From the NCBI GenBank assembly GCA_032718475.1, contig JAUCBJ010000915.1:1-64000 (forward strand): DNA of 64,000 bases, read 5' to 3'. The position numbers and the translations under genes were made by a program. Positions 12,471 to 26,228 of this stretch are shown in pieces. The stretch's first letter is position 1, and each line of letters begins with the position of its first letter. The stretch comes from Nemertoderma westbladi (lineage: Eukaryota > Animalia > Xenacoelomorpha). The notes beneath the pieces are model-generated. The model was given only the letters and a program-made list of their open reading frames with translations, made no database searches and was not told where the DNA came from.

Positions 12471-13814
12471 AGTATTCTGTACGGGTAGCGTAATATTTAT
12501 TATTCAGAGTTTATGCGATTATTCGCAACATTCATGTCCCCAAGTTTATTCCTACAGTAATTGTGCTTGTTATACATACCGTTATAGTTAAACTAACCCC
12601 GGTACTACATCAGGGCTGCTTGGCGTAGGTAAAGACTGACGACTTTGTGCTTCGGTCACTCCAGCAGATGCCGTGGTTCTTTTAACTGTTCAAGTATATT
12701 TAACTACTGATTATTTGTTATACCGGTACTTGTACCTAATTTAGGGTTTAGTGTACAGTGCTTTCCGAAGTAATTAGTGTAGGCAGTATATTTGTGTTGT
12801 AAAGTGGTTGATAGGCACATTCGTTAGCTCTATTAGCTTCTGGGTAGGAACAATCCGTGATACATAACGTAGTACCTATAGCGATACGGTTATAGGTCGT
12901 CAGGCGGTGGTATTTTCCTATCTGGACAGTACAATATATTTACTACTACTTATTATTTCAAATACCGTAGTACCCTGTCCGTTGTAATAACCAGAATTCT
13001 AACCCTTTGTTAGGCTGGTTGTAGACTTCCTGTAAAATTACCCTAAAAAATTCGTACGTAATATTTTTGTTGTGTTTAATTAGAGAATTAATCTCACCCG
13101 TATCGTAAGTAATTTGTAGTATTAAGTAACTTAGGTAAATTAGAATTATCAGTTTTAGTGTCAAATAAATAGCACTTCACTGAGAGCGCACAGCTTCTGT
13201 GTAGTGACCCCCCAGAAATAATAACATTTATTTCAAATATTGACAAAAAACCCATTTAAACGGGTATATAAATATTATAAATCAAATCAAACGATTTATA
13301 AATAGTAGGCCTGCCATACGACAACTAGGTCTCACTATCAGTTGGACTACTGCTTAAATAACGGTAATAAAGTAAGTTAAAGTAACTAAGTAACCCTAAA
13401 ATATTCAGGAATTCAATTATTCTAAAAATAATTGACATACCGGTACTTACCAAGGCTTATTATATTTATCTCTATAAATTTGAGCTGAAATCATACCGGT
13501 ACTCTGTCATTAATTCTAGTTCATAATTATACTTACATGCTGTAAGTGTAAGCTGTATACCGGTATTCATTATAGGCCTACTATATATATATATATATTT
13601 GTGCTAAAATTATATACCGGTACTCTGTGACAAATCTAGTCTGTAATAATACTTATATATTATAAGCATACCGGTATTCTAATATATTGTGTATATATCA
13701 CGTTACACCGAGTAACGGTACCGGTAATAAATCGCTAGGCTTGCGGTCATACTGAATTACTAGACTTGCTTTAACTGAAACTATAGTAGTAGACATTCAA
13801 CTGTATAACTAAAC

Positions 13815-16800
13815 ATGTCTGACACTCAGCAAAACCTGTCGGACAGTCTGATCGATACAACTATCTGTGATTCAGATAGGAGTGTGGAGCGAATAAGAAA
13901 GGAGTTCGGCTCACCTCCTACTGTAAAAAAGGTCATCCCTCCAGTAGTATCAGACCCTAGGCTAGTCCACCATAGGTCCATCATAGGCACTCGGGCACAG
14001 GTAAAACGGGACCAAGAGGCAGTTGTCTTATCGCAGCAACATCTTGGTCAAGAACCTACTTCCCAGCGACCCGATAGCTCCAGCAGTTCGGATACTGTAG
14101 AGCTGACTCCCGAACATGGAGTGCAGATGTCTGATACAGTCTACTCGGACCCCCTTCTTACTCTTCCTGCTGCAGTGCTAACTACTATATTCATTGCGGT
14201 GGAAGAACATCAAGCCGACTGGGCGAAGAATAAGCAAGCGACCCAAGATAATTACGCGGGATACGCCAGGGAAGAATTGATATCTATTGTTGAATCACAA
14301 TGGAACTTTCCCGGACTCGGACTTCCGTTGGATATGTCCGAGGCTACTTGGGAAGATATACACAGGATGGGAGTGGCTAAAGATACAATGGATCCAGCTG
14401 TTTGGAAGAGGTCGGCAGCAGGATATGTGCAGGGATTCTTCGGATCCTTGGAGCGATTGGAAGAACAACTGTTTCGACAACCTCACGGACCTCAAGAGCA
14501 GGAAGAGCTGCTATACCAAGTACGCGAAAGAACCCTACGCATTCGACTAATCCTCTCAGCCTTTGAGGAAACTTCCAAAAGAAGACAGGACACGTCGCTG
14601 CAGGTTGCTGTCAAAACTTGGCTACATCGGGTAGATCTCAAAGTACAGGAAACAGCCCAGTGGAAATCCCAGCTGGCTGAGAGATCAACCTATGAAGAAC
14701 CAACTGATGTCACCGAACCAACTGATGTCACCCTTGCTCAAGCGGAAAGCGAAGAGGCCGCCGAGAAACCGCGAACTAGAGACGCTATCGACATTTATTT
14801 GTCCGACTATCAGCGATTCCTAGGAGACGAAGAGTTGAGGAGACGGCTGTCTGGACTTTCCCCTAATAGTGAAGGAACCAAGCTTGTGTTGGACTCAATC
14901 GATGCCGAAATGTTAGCTGCAAACCAAGCTGAATGTGATGAAAAACTCCGCCTCACTAGAGTCCGAGAAGAACAAATAAAGAAAAGAAGGATAGAGGAAC
15001 AAAAGGCGGCGGCTATGGCGGCGGCTATGGCAGAAGCAGAAGTAGAAAGAAAGGCAGCGGCGGCAGAAGTAGAAGCAAAAGGAAGGGCAGCGGCGGCAGA
15101 AGCAAAGGTGGCAAAGGCAGTGGCAGAAGCAGAAAGGAGAGCATCTGAGCAGACTACCCAACTGGAGTTGGAGAATCTGCAAGAGACACAAGACAGTATA
15201 AATAAACAGTTTACTGCTAATCAAATGCAGATGATGAGAAAATCTACTCCCAAGCGCCAGGGGTACACATCCTCGGAGGAAGGCGATACTACCGACCCTG
15301 AAGGCGGAGGAAATAGATCTCATCTAAGTAGGCGTAGAAAAACATATTACCGTCGCAAATTGCCTGATTTGCCCCCAGCTGTTAAAAGACAGCTAACTAG
15401 CACAGATTTAGGTAGTGCAGAACCCATAGAACAATTTATCCAGGTCAAAAGACTCCCTACTATAGTCGATGAACCTGAAATAATTAGGCCTGTAGTTCCC
15501 AAAGTCACTTCTGTGCTAGAGACCCCTACACTTCCAGAGCTTAACTCTAAATTCCCTTTACATAGCACTACACTGCCTGTACCCGGTGGAACAGTCCATG
15601 CAAATACCCCTGTCCAGATAGCAGAGAGAGAAATCAATAATTTGTCTCCCGTCGTCCCGCGTCAGCCCGCTACTATGTTGGCGACTCCCGCTTCGGCGGT
15701 TGAGTGGGTGGAAGAGGGACGGCGGGGGATGAATCTCCTGCTAGGACAGATGCAGGAGACTGTCCACCAACTTAAGGGAACAGTGAGGGAAGGTAGAGCA
15801 GAGTTGCAAGAAGTGCAGCAAAGTATCGCGCTAGAACGCGACAAATTAGTCAATATACAAAAAGGCATACCAATGCCCCCTGTAACATTGTGTCAACCCG
15901 TTAGGTCTGAAGTATTACATGCGCAAGGTGTGGAGCCTACACGCATCTATACTGCTAGTGAAGTTGAAACTCCTATAGCAAACCCTATTAAGGGTGATTA
16001 TAGACCTGTTATTAATGATATTCCCTATAGACCTGATAATGATCCGAGAAATTTGTATACCGATAATTCGATATTAAATAACACGATGGCCCAAGAAAGC
16101 TTTACGCGTCAGATGGCTAGAACAGAAGCCCGCCAAGCGGTCAAAGTGGGAGAGATCGTCAAATTCAATGGAGATGAGATGAAATGGTTACCTTTCAACG
16201 AATATTACAAAGATAGCATACAGAATTCTGTACTATCCAACGGAGAGAAACTTAGATTCCTCATCAAGTGTTTGGAAGGACCTCCCAAGTTAATGGCGTT
16301 AAAGTTTATTGGACATCCAGATGGATTAAGACAAGTTTGGGATACATTAAACATCAGGTATGGTAACAAAGATAACATAGCTAAGTATTTGTATGCAAAA
16401 TTAGTAGCCCCCCGACACTTCCTTAGTAGTGGGATTATAGAGTTTTCCGATGAAATTCAAGAGATCTGTAGACAACTGGACTGGTTAGGTAAGTCGCACG
16501 AATACCAGAGTTCCATGGTTATTGGAGCCGTAGTCTCTACTTTACCAAAGGGTGGAGTATGTACACGCTGGGACAAGAAAGTGTTGTACATGAATGAACA
16601 ACAACGACGAAGTCCAACCATGGCTGATCTCATGTCTTTCTTAGATGGTGAAGTCAAATTACAACTCATCAAGCAGTCCAGAGAGAAAACATCGGAAAAT
16701 AAGGTAAGTGAGAAACCTACTTCTAGGAGAAGAGTAACACCGGTGTGTTACACTGACGACGGCGAAAGCCAAGCTTCCCAAGAAGAGGACAGCGGGAAAG

Positions 16801-18614
16801 ATACAGATAGATCGTATTATGTTGACAAAACCTCCAAGGACGTAAGTAAATACAAAGCTCGAACCAATAATAGGAGAGAACAAGTTACTAAGACCCCTCC
16901 TCAGTCTCCTAGCAGAATGCGCGGAAGAAAGCCCGAAGAAAGAACGAGAGTGCATCAGACTACCCAGGGTAAAGTAAGTAACATAAAACCTAACTGTGCG
17001 CTGTGTGACGGGACCCACCGTTTGAGTGCGTGTGCGGAATTTCTAAAGAAATCCCTTGTAGACAGACGTACAGTTGTGTGGGACAAGCGGTTATGTTATA
17101 ATTGCCTCAGACCAGGACACCAACGGCGAACCTGTTACTCCGACATAAAGTGTGAAAAGTGTGGTGCGAAACATCACATCTTGTTACATAGTGAGTTCGA
17201 ACGAGACAAGCCGAGTCAGGTAAGTGAGTCCGAACTACATGTCCAATTCAGTGATGTAAACGACACTGATCAGGAGTCTGAGATGGAAGGATTCTATACT
17301 GACGAATTCTCCGACGCCAATGAATCCTGTTATCTAATAAACACCACGGTGTATCGAGCACTTACTTACGAAAAGGATATCAACGAGGAGTTCCCCCCTA
17401 CTACTTTTGCCAAACAATTATCTTGGAAAGCTCCAACTTCCAACGTAGGAATTAGAGAATTTCCTGTAGTTCAGGTAAGAGTTCACGGTAATAACAAAAG
17501 CTACATAGTGAACGCCCTACTTGACTCAGGCAGCACAGGAACATTCATAGATCAAGAGCTAGCCGAAGATATCTTTGCTGGACAACCCAAGTTCCGGACT
17601 AAATTGAATATGTCAGGAATTATGCAGGTTTGGAAATCTACCCTGACGGTAGATTACTATGTAGGTGTGTTGTCCACCCCCCAGGATAAGTTAGGAACGC
17701 AAGGTGTAAGGTCAGTAAAAATGGTGGCTATAAAGAACTTCGCTACTACCCAAGCAGACCTTTACAATTGGGACGAGGATGAGAGCATCCAACATCTTAA
17801 GATACCTCGATTCCAGACAGATTATCCTGGAGTGCAAATACTCATCGGCCAAAACGCACACGAAGCGCTTGAGACATTGGAGAAACGGCCTGCTCAACCA
17901 CAGCCACTGCAAACTTATGCGGTAAGAACTAGAGTAGGTTGGTACTTTACTGGCCCTTCCCGTAGAACTCTAGAAGAGAGAATGCCCCACGAACAAATAT
18001 ATCAGGTAAGTGATTGGGAAGAGGAAAGCAGTGAGGTGGACGAACTAACTGAGGGAACACCATACTCCTCGGATAATGACGACATCTACCAACTCTTCGA
18101 AGAAGAGAACACATTTGACCTACTTACCGAAAACCAAACTTGGAAAAACCAAACGAACCTATGTCAACTGATTCGCCCAACGGAATCCATTATTTATAAT
18201 GACGAACTTAATGACGAGGTAGAGCGCTACAACGCTAGAACTCGGGACGAACTCGCCGTACGATTCTTTACCCAAGAATTGGTAGAACCCAATTCATACG
18301 ACAAAGCCCTGTCAATAGAAGAAGAAAGAGCCAAGCAAATCCAGGAAACAACTACACGTTTTTTAAAAGATCAAGGTAGACTACTGAGATGTTCTACGAA
18401 TCTGGGTATATCCTTAGACAATCATAATAAAGATGGATTGATGATAAAACCTGATTATAACACCCCCTATGGGTCCATAATTAGAGGAAATCCAGTCAAG
18501 CACATAACTGATATATATACTTTACTGCTTAATTTAGAATGCCCCCCCCCCCCCCCCCCCCCCCCTCCCCCACCTTCTTCCAATCTATCATGCGACGCTA
18601 ATTATTCTAAATAA
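13815..18614 (+). mobile_element. Bel/Pao LTR retrotransposon gag-protease ORF (Bel-1), truncated before RT at ~18378
   Basis: 1599-aa open frame with coiled-coil N-terminus, DUF1759-type gag (KFNGDEMKWLPF..EKLRFLIKCLEG..LNIRYG), Bel triple knuckle (CALCDGTHRLSAC, CYNCLRPGHQRRTC, CEKCGAKHHILLH), aspartic protease LLDSGSTGTFI, ILIG and TRVGWYFTG. The last ~78 aa read into unrelated sequence and a poly-C tract. Confidence 0.92.
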
Positions 18615-18635
18615 TAATTATGCAACGGTCAGTAA

Positions 18636-18810
18636 TGGTTGACCGATGCGCCTGTAAATAGCCTCTCGTCAACAAGTCAACCCCACCGACTACCGGTACT
18701 GGCTGTTTTTGCTGACGGGGCTCTGTCGAGTGTCGAACAACGCGTCCCTGATAGCAGTAAAGGGGGTCTCTTTAATGAGGGGCAGTATCATTATTGCCGC
18801 GGAACTGCCC
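18636..18810 (+). repeat. Dispersed repeat (SINE/MITE-like); inverted copy at 21212-21400
   Basis: ATAGCCTCTCGTCAACAAGTCAACCCCACCGACT..GCTGACGGGGCTCTGTCGA..ACGCGTCCCTGAT..TTATTGCCGCGGAACTGC has its reverse complement at 21212-21400. Confidence 0.8.
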
Positions 18811-19781
18811 CAACTCATCACCTCTCCCACTCTCGGTCTCCAACGAAAATGAACATAAAATCAACATACACCAACCCGCTACCCTACCCCACACCGCGAC
18901 ACCCACCCACACCTACGATCTGAAAGATTGTACCCAATACAAAAAAACAGGATAAGTTGAATCATACAAACTAAAGCGGTAAGCTTGCAAGACGAATGCA
19001 TGATCCACTGAGAATATCGGTCATAATCTCACCTCATAACTAAACTAAAACGTACATACATATTTACGGGACCTAATTGTACCAAGTCATTATGAGGTCG
19101 TCCTACATTATTGCTTGTATCGGTACAATTAAGTTCCCTCATGGGACCTACCCAATAACGGAGACCCACGCCTTGGGCCTGGTTGCCAGTAATGGGACAC
19201 GTTGTGGGGTCTTCGAGCAGCACGTGTTAAAATGTTCAATGACTGAGCAGCGACTAATTAACAAATTTATGAGGGATTCATTGACCAGCTACAGACAGAT
19301 CAATATTGTAACATATATTTTAGTTTAATGTTTGATTCAATTAAAGGCACAAATTAAAAAGGCTGCAAATATATTGGGGTGAATAATTAAATTAGTCACC
19401 CATTAAAAGGTAGCCAATTATAAGTTGCAATCTATATAAATTTTTAAATTCAGTAGTGTGCGTGTGTTGTGTATTGATTCCGTAGATTTCATGTTGAAAT
19501 AGCGTTCATTAACTTAATTTCTATTTAATTATTCAGGCATACTAATACCCACTTTAAATTAGTTCGTGTGTGTTAAGTGTGTAAGATTTGATTGTTTTGG
19601 CACGAACCCATTAGGGCACAGAAACTGACGGATTCTTCGCGAATCTCGCAAACGTCGCGAATTTCGCAAACGTCGCAAACTTCGGTAATTTTTTCTACAA
19701 TTTTGACTCCTTAAGCAAAAGTGTCCCGAATGAGTTTTTTAACTTTTATTTCTTTGTGATTTTGATTGCTTTTTTATATTA

Positions 19782-20008
19782 GTGAATGTTCTAGAACCTT
19801 AGTAGATTTTTTATGGTATATAGCTAGTATTTTTTACTAGCTAGTAATTTTTGGAAATTATTTTGGTCATTAATATATTCTTCAACAGTTTAACCTGAAA
19901 TATCATGGACTTTCACATTTTTTATAATTTCTAAAAATACTAGCTAGCAAAAAACACTACCGGTAGCTATCATAAAGAACATATCTACTAATGTTCTAGA
20001 ACTTTCAC
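19782..20008. repeat. Imperfect hairpin (MITE-like)
   Basis: GTGAATGTTCTAGAAC..TAGTAGAT..TAGCTAGTA mirrored by TACTAGCTA..ATCTACTA..GTTCTAGAAC..TTCAC. Confidence 0.55.
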
Positions 20009-20339
20009 CAATAACAAAAAAATTTAAAAACTCTAAAAAAGGATTGGTGAAGAATGGCTGGGGTGTCGACAGGGCGAAGTAGGGACCGTGTTGCTTAACC
20101 CCTTAGAGCCTATGACGTCCAGTGCATGTCACCATGGACAACACTAAGACATGCAGTGGACGTCATGCTGCAATACATGTTTTATTGGAAGGCTCTTGGT
20201 CTAGGTATACTGGTGGATAGTATTAAAGACATTTAGTGCTCTTCATGGCAAAAAATCCATTCTGTACTGTAGATAGGATAGGCTTTATTGTAGACTGTAT
20301 TATCAATGTTAGGTATATGGCGTAATGCCAACCACAGTA

Positions 20340-20929
20340 CAGTAGTACAGACTGACAGTAAGACCGACAGACAGACAGACTGGATTTATGTAAACGTGTA
20401 AACTGACATCAGAAATGAAATCAGCAACCCTTAACACCCCCATAACGAGAATGTTAGTTAGTTTGTATTCTTTTTAAAGTTTTGACAGACTGACTGACTG
20501 ACAGAAAGACCGACAGTCCGACAAACTAGATTAATGTAAACCTGAAAACTGACATCAGAAATGAAATCAGCACCCCTTAAAACCCCCATAGCGAGAATGT
20601 TAGTTAATTTGAATTATTTTTTATGTTTTGACAGACTGACTAACAGAATTACCGACAGACAGACAGACTAGATTTATGTAAACGTGAAAACTGACATCAG
20701 AAATGTAATCAGCACCCCTTAAAACCCCCACAGCGAGAATGTTAGCGACACGTTTTAATTATTAACCATATTTCGTAAGATATATTTCATCATCGTGTCT
20801 GCACGGTATTTCACATAGCGCCCCATTTGGTGATCTCCAGTGAATGTTTGGATTTGACCTGACCAAATTGGTTTACTACGGAAGATCCGCAGTGGGCACA
20901 CCTGAGCGGGTGTGGGCCACTCGGACTAG
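20340..20929 (+). mobile_element. Non-autonomous Helitron-like element with ~145-bp internal tandem repeats and 3' hairpin-CTAG end
   Basis: Three copies of GACAGAC..TGTAAAC.TG.AAACTGACATCAGAAATG.AATCAGCA..CCCTTAA..GAGAATGTTAG (~20365, 20510, 20652); terminal stem-loop GTGGGCACACC-TGAGC-GGGTGTGGGCCAC then CTAG (20926-20929). 5' end not located. Confidence 0.6.
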
Positions 20930-21211
20930 GACTTTGTAATTGTTTTGCAAATATTGGGACCATGCATTTTCTAACTTACAGGTTTCGTTGCATTGCTTGG
21001 ATCAAACTTATCCTGTATTCTATAATGCGTGGTATTTTACTCTCCGACATCGGTAGAGGTGAAGAGGTGTGTTGTTGGTCTGCCTCTGCGTCATTGGGGC
21101 GGGGGGGGAGGGGGGGGGGGGGGGTGTATTGGGGCAAGTGTCAGATTCATCTATTCGTGTTGATGGTTGGTGAGGATTCTACTTCTGGCTAGGTCTGGCC
21201 TAGAGTAGAAG

Positions 21212-21400
21212 CAGTTCCGCGGCAATAATAATATTGCTCCTCAAAAGAGGGCCCTTACTGCATCAGGGACGCGTTTTTCGACAGAGCCCCGTCAGCTGAA
21301 ACAGCCAGTGCCGCTAGTCGGTGGGGTTGACTTGTTGACGAGAGGCTATTATGAGGCGCAATGGGATACGCATTGCGTATCTCCTTCTGTCAACCAATAC
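21212..21400 (-). repeat. Inverted copy of the 18636-18810 repeat
   Basis: Reverse-complement similarity visible directly. Confidence 0.8.
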
Positions 21401-21759
21401 TGGCCTAAGATATATTTTTAAACATTTATTTATTAATAATGCAATAACTGAATAACCAGATAACGGAAAGACAAATCGAATTGAAACTTTTAATTACTAA
21501 TAATAATTGTGGTGAGAGGTGATTGGAAATCAAGCATATATGTTATGTTATGGTAGGCACAGGCAAATGAATTGATGTCTGTTGAGATGTATTGAAGGAG
21601 CACTATTCCTTCTACTAGACTACTACAGGTTAGGCCATGTCCTTGTGTGCTAGCCTAGGCACTGGCTTGGTCAATGACTTTAGCTTTAGCTGCCATTTTA
21701 GTAATGTACAACTTCAAGAAATATTATTGGGCACGGCTGCCCTTGTTCATGCCTTGTTG

Positions 21760-23495
21760 TCACACACACACATACACACACAGAGACTTTTGAAAAACGG
21801 CCATAGTATAATTACAGTATATCAGTTCGCTGATGGCTCGCCATTCGTGTCTCGCCCCACACAAAATACGCATTCACGCAAACAAACAAGTAAAATTAGC
21901 CTCGAGATAGCGATAGTTTATGTGCTCGGGAAGAGAGCTTTCGATCATTTGCTCAGATTGGTGCTCGTGTGTCGGAGCGTATAGCTTGGACAGACTCATA
22001 GACTCACAGACAGACAATGCATATTTATATATAACACTAGAAACCTTCTAGTTCACAAGCTTCTATACAGTCAATCAATCAATGGACAATATCAAACATA
22101 AATAAATTAATTAATTAACTTAACAAAACTTTACATAAGTGAGCATTCTCTCAAACAAACAGACTGATGCCGCTTTAGTTGCAGCTACATACAATAATAA
22201 ACAACATAAGGCTTTATGTTGTAATAGATAAATAATAAAATGGGAAAAGGTTTAAACTGTGTGATATTTTCCCCTTAGTGGAAAACTGTATAACTGCAGA
22301 GTAGTAGTTAGCGTCCTCGCAAACATAACCTATAGTGCAGTAGGTCACTGCAGCAACTCTATCGTATTAAAATGGAAGGTTGTAATTTCAGACATTTCGC
22401 CCCCTAGTGACAGACTGCCTGCCAAGTGCCAAGTATCAGCAAAAAAGCATTCATAAACAACAAAATTGTAGGTTTCCTCATTCAGACATTTCATCCCCTA
22501 ATAGCGGCAGACTGGGGAACTGTAGATTGGTCATCGTCTCCCCAAGCCCAAATACACACCCTTACGGTGTAGTATACTCTGCTTGGTATCAGCAAAAAAA
22601 ACATTATAAACATATTGTGTAAAGGACCTAAGTATCAGCTAAAAATCATTATTAATAACAAAATAGGATAAGATTTTCACTTTCAGACATTTCGCCTCCT
22701 AGTGGCAGACTGAAGAACCGCAAACTGGTCGGCGTCCTCCCAACACGCAGCTATGGTCTGGTAGAATTTATTCTGCAAAGTGTCAGCAGAGTGGTTACGA
22801 TGATGCTGTTATAATTTCCTGCTTGCTGATCAGTAATTTCTCAGATAACAAAACAACTGCAGAATAATGCAATTTTACCTCAAGACGCATTCATGCAAGT
22901 ATCAAGTAAATGTGTAAAATAATCAGCCTCGAGATAGCCTTTACAATTCATGTTCACGGGCTCAGGATGGTCTGCATCATATAGATGAACGCACATGATA
23001 GAGTCAAGATCCAACTTGTAGGATGACGGACTGACGACCTGCTAGGCCTACCTCGCTAGCACCCATCCGGTACATTGCAAAATTGAATAATTGAATCATT
23101 TTGTGTTTATGATTATAAACAATATGTGAACTGAAAAAAGCTAATCTAAGATTCACTGCTGGTTCTTACCAATGTAAGTCAAGAACCAATCACAGTAGAT
23201 CCTCTCCGCTCTCCTGCTGGGTCCTATTTATTGAGATTACTACTTAACCAACCCAGCCTGCTGCAGGCCACCTATGATTGGTCTGCAAGTAGCTAGCTGC
23301 CTTGCTAACCGATGTATCATTCGCTCAGATTGGTGCTCTTTAGCTGAATATATTAATTTAGATTATGGCTTCCGACATTTATGGCTACCGACACACACAC
23401 ACGTCACACACACACACACAGACTTTTGAAAAACGGCCATAGTATAATTATATCAGTTCGCTGATGGCTCGCCATACGTGTCTCGCCCCACATGA
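21760..23495 (+). repeat. Cluster of Helitron/Helentron-like non-autonomous repeat pieces
   Basis: (CA)n-GACTTTTGAAAAACGGCCATAGTATAATT..ATATCAGTTCGCTGATGGCTCGCCA..GTGTCTCGCCCCAC at ~21762-21860 and ~23391-23492; CAGACATTTC..CC.CCTA at ~22389, 22483 and 22684; GCCTCGAGATAGC at ~21899 and 22926. Confidence 0.5.
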
Positions 23496-23899
23496 AAGTA
23501 ATTAGTTAACAGGAAAGCCTCTGTTGTACAACAGTTTAGTGGCGATGTTTTGTTCAAGGGGAAACAACATTGTAAATATGGTTTAGTGCTTTTGGCATGA
23601 GCACAACAAAGCAAGTATCTGAGTTAAAAGCTTTCTGTTAAAAACGGGTAAATTATAATGTTGAATCAATTAAGTCAGAGTGTGAATCATTTGAAATATT
23701 TTGTTTCTTTCTCAACTTACTGTATCAGCGCTCAAGACATGGCCGGTTGGATACATTAGACGCAAATCCCATCTCGGCGAATTAATTTCTCGCCGCAATG
23801 TTAAAAATTATCAATTTATGGAAAGGAGCGGGTTACTACTACTACTATAATCGGCCTGCTGCACTTAAACTGCACATTGAGATGCTATGCCGGCTTAAC

Positions 23900-24080
23900 A
23901 AACAAATGTTGTCACCACCATGCAATCCACAATAGGCAAGCCAAATGCAGCGTGCATCAATCAATCCACAACTCCCTATACCTCATTGAATACTTTCGCG
24001 AGATTCCCGCATCTTCAATGCCAGTGTCCTTTAGGAAGCGTCTCAATGAAATGTGGAGGAGGTATCGCACTGCATATCGC
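23900..24080 (-). mobile_element. RTE-like LINE 3' remnant
   Basis: LRRFLKDTGIED..RELW, paralogous to 24332-24727; shared 3' UTR GGATTGCATGGTGG. Confidence 0.6.
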
Positions 24081-24244
24081 ATAACCTTTCTTGTACCTAC
24101 TGTATGTATTCTTGACAAGATACTTGACGCCATCAACAGACCATTAGCTATGCAAAAGTACGAATTTTCCACGTTTAGTAATTATTAAAGCTGAATGTTA
24201 ACTGGTGGCAGATGGAAATCAATTAATACAATGGATGAAGTGAA

Positions 24245-24705
24245 TTGAGAAGATTATTTAGAGCAGCAGTAGTTCCATTTGTACTCCTCTAATGGGAGTC
24301 CATGCTGGGCTCTAAATGCTGAGGACACCAAATGTCTGGATGGCACATTCACAATAATGCTACGTCGGGTTCACTATGTCATATAAAATGCACACATCTC
24401 AAATCAGACACTACAGATATCCCATTGTTCCCCCCAAGCTTGACACTAGAACAAAGCCGCCTCCGCTTTGCAGGACATTGTTTTCGCCGCGGGCAGCAGC
24501 CTGTGCACAATCTTGTACTTGGAGTGAATAAACATGGTGGACAGCCCATGACTTTCTTGAGACGCATCTTAAAGGACACTGGACTTGAAGATGTGAATAA
24601 TGTCGCGAAAGTCATGGGGGATAGAGAGTTGTGGCGTTGCTATTTTGTCGTTAAACATTATTCAACAGCACTGCATGCCAATTATGGATTGCATGGTGGT
24701 GGCAA
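24245..24705 (+). mobile_element. RTE-like LINE 3' remnant
   Basis: C-terminal motifs RLRFAGHCFRR and TFLRRILKDTGLED..MGDRELW. Confidence 0.7.
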
Positions 24706-25697
24706 ATTATTTTTGTTAAGAGCTTAGCAACTCAATGTACAGCTTGAATCCTAAGCGAAACCGGAAACCGGCTTAGCTTTGTGTCTGAGGCCAAGGAGAG
24801 TGGCTCAAAGAGAGGCACAGGTCAACCTAGAAATGGACTGAATTGAATCCTGAATTGAATTGGCCTTGAATTGACATTAACAACTTTAATCCCGGAAGAT
24901 TTTTCGAAAGGTGGAAGTCCGGCACAAGTCTACATTACTGCCTTTATGCAATATGGACAAATACACTAAAACTGATACTTTAATTATCTCAAGGAATCAA
25001 GAATAGACACATCACAGAAATGATCGATGTAGTGGGTGTAGACACCTTTAAAATAAGAGTAGAGTCATTAGTTCTTGAGTTATTTTACAAAATGTCAAAA
25101 GTATGTCCACAAATTGATACTTGATATTGAGTTGACCCATATTACACACATTTTGTACAAAAACTATAGTGAACTAATCATCTTTAATTTTGAAGGTCTC
25201 TGTATACACTAAATCAATTAGTTGCCGTGATGTATATATTTTTGATGCCTTAAGATAAATAGAAGTAAATTTTTTAGTGTATTTACTGTCTATAAATCAT
25301 CAAGGCACTCATGTTGACTTGTGCCACACTTAACATTTTCTGCAATATCTCAAGAACTGTTTGCGCTGCGCTTGTTTTGGTGGTGTCTACCCCCACTAAA
25401 TCGGTCATTGCGGTTCGAATGAGCATAATATTAATGCATTCGGTAATATTAATGTAGTAACTTAAAGTTGTCCATCGCGAAAATTGAGAATAAGAGTCAC
25501 TTGCACCAAAGAGTAGGTTCTGCCCAATATATACAAGTACTGCTTTCAAATAACGTCGTATGGATCCTAATAGGATCCAAGTCACTGACTCACTACTATT
25601 GGTGTTAGGATTTAATTGGAAATGAAATTTAGCTGTAAGCGGATTCAATTACACTTCATTACCCACCAGAAAATGGGATAGTGGCATTTTAGCAATA

Positions 25698-26225
25698 TGT
25701 CGGAGATACGAGATTACCAACATTAATCTCGTATCATAACCAACATTGGGGGGGGGGGGGGGGGGCAACGCAAGCCCCGAAGCCACATAGAAAGGAAGGT
25801 TAGAGGTCAAACCACCTCGGAGGGAACACAGCTAGTAGAGGCTAGCAGCAGAGGGGAAACACTCACAGAGAGTGCCAGGGTGACAAGTAGCATATTAGCC
25901 AATAGAGGGGATGGAAGCACGTGATAGGGAACAGGAAAGCATCCATTGGGTAGGAGGCCAAGGTAGAGTAGGAGGTGAAGCAATATTTAGTGTATCAATC
26001 ATATATTATGTCAGATTCTTGGATTGGTACATCAGTTGGTTATTCAGTTTAGTGCAGACCGGTAACAATTATTGACCGTCATTGGCACTATCATACCGGT
26101 ATCTATTATATCTGTATTTCTGCCGTATTAATTGTGCTATCATTTTCTAACATCAAGAGACAACACGAAACTCTTATTGTTTTCTCCAACGGCCTCGGCC
26201 AAGCTGTTAGCACCATCCCAAAGCA
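25698..26225 (+). repeat. Putative 5' LTR of Bel-2
   Basis: Starts TGT, ends CA, followed after 3 nt by PBS-like TGGTGACGCG (26229) about 100 bp before the gag ATG (26326); no 3' copy in window to confirm. Confidence 0.45.
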
Positions 26226-26228
26226 GAA

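Noticed and set aside
18379-18614. Poly-Pro C-terminus of the 1599-aa ORF
   Set aside because: Read-through into unrelated DNA and a poly-C tract after the truncation
18740-18810. Hammerhead ribozyme in the CCCTGAT-containing repeat
   Set aside because: No CTGANGA..GAAA core with the required stems in either copy
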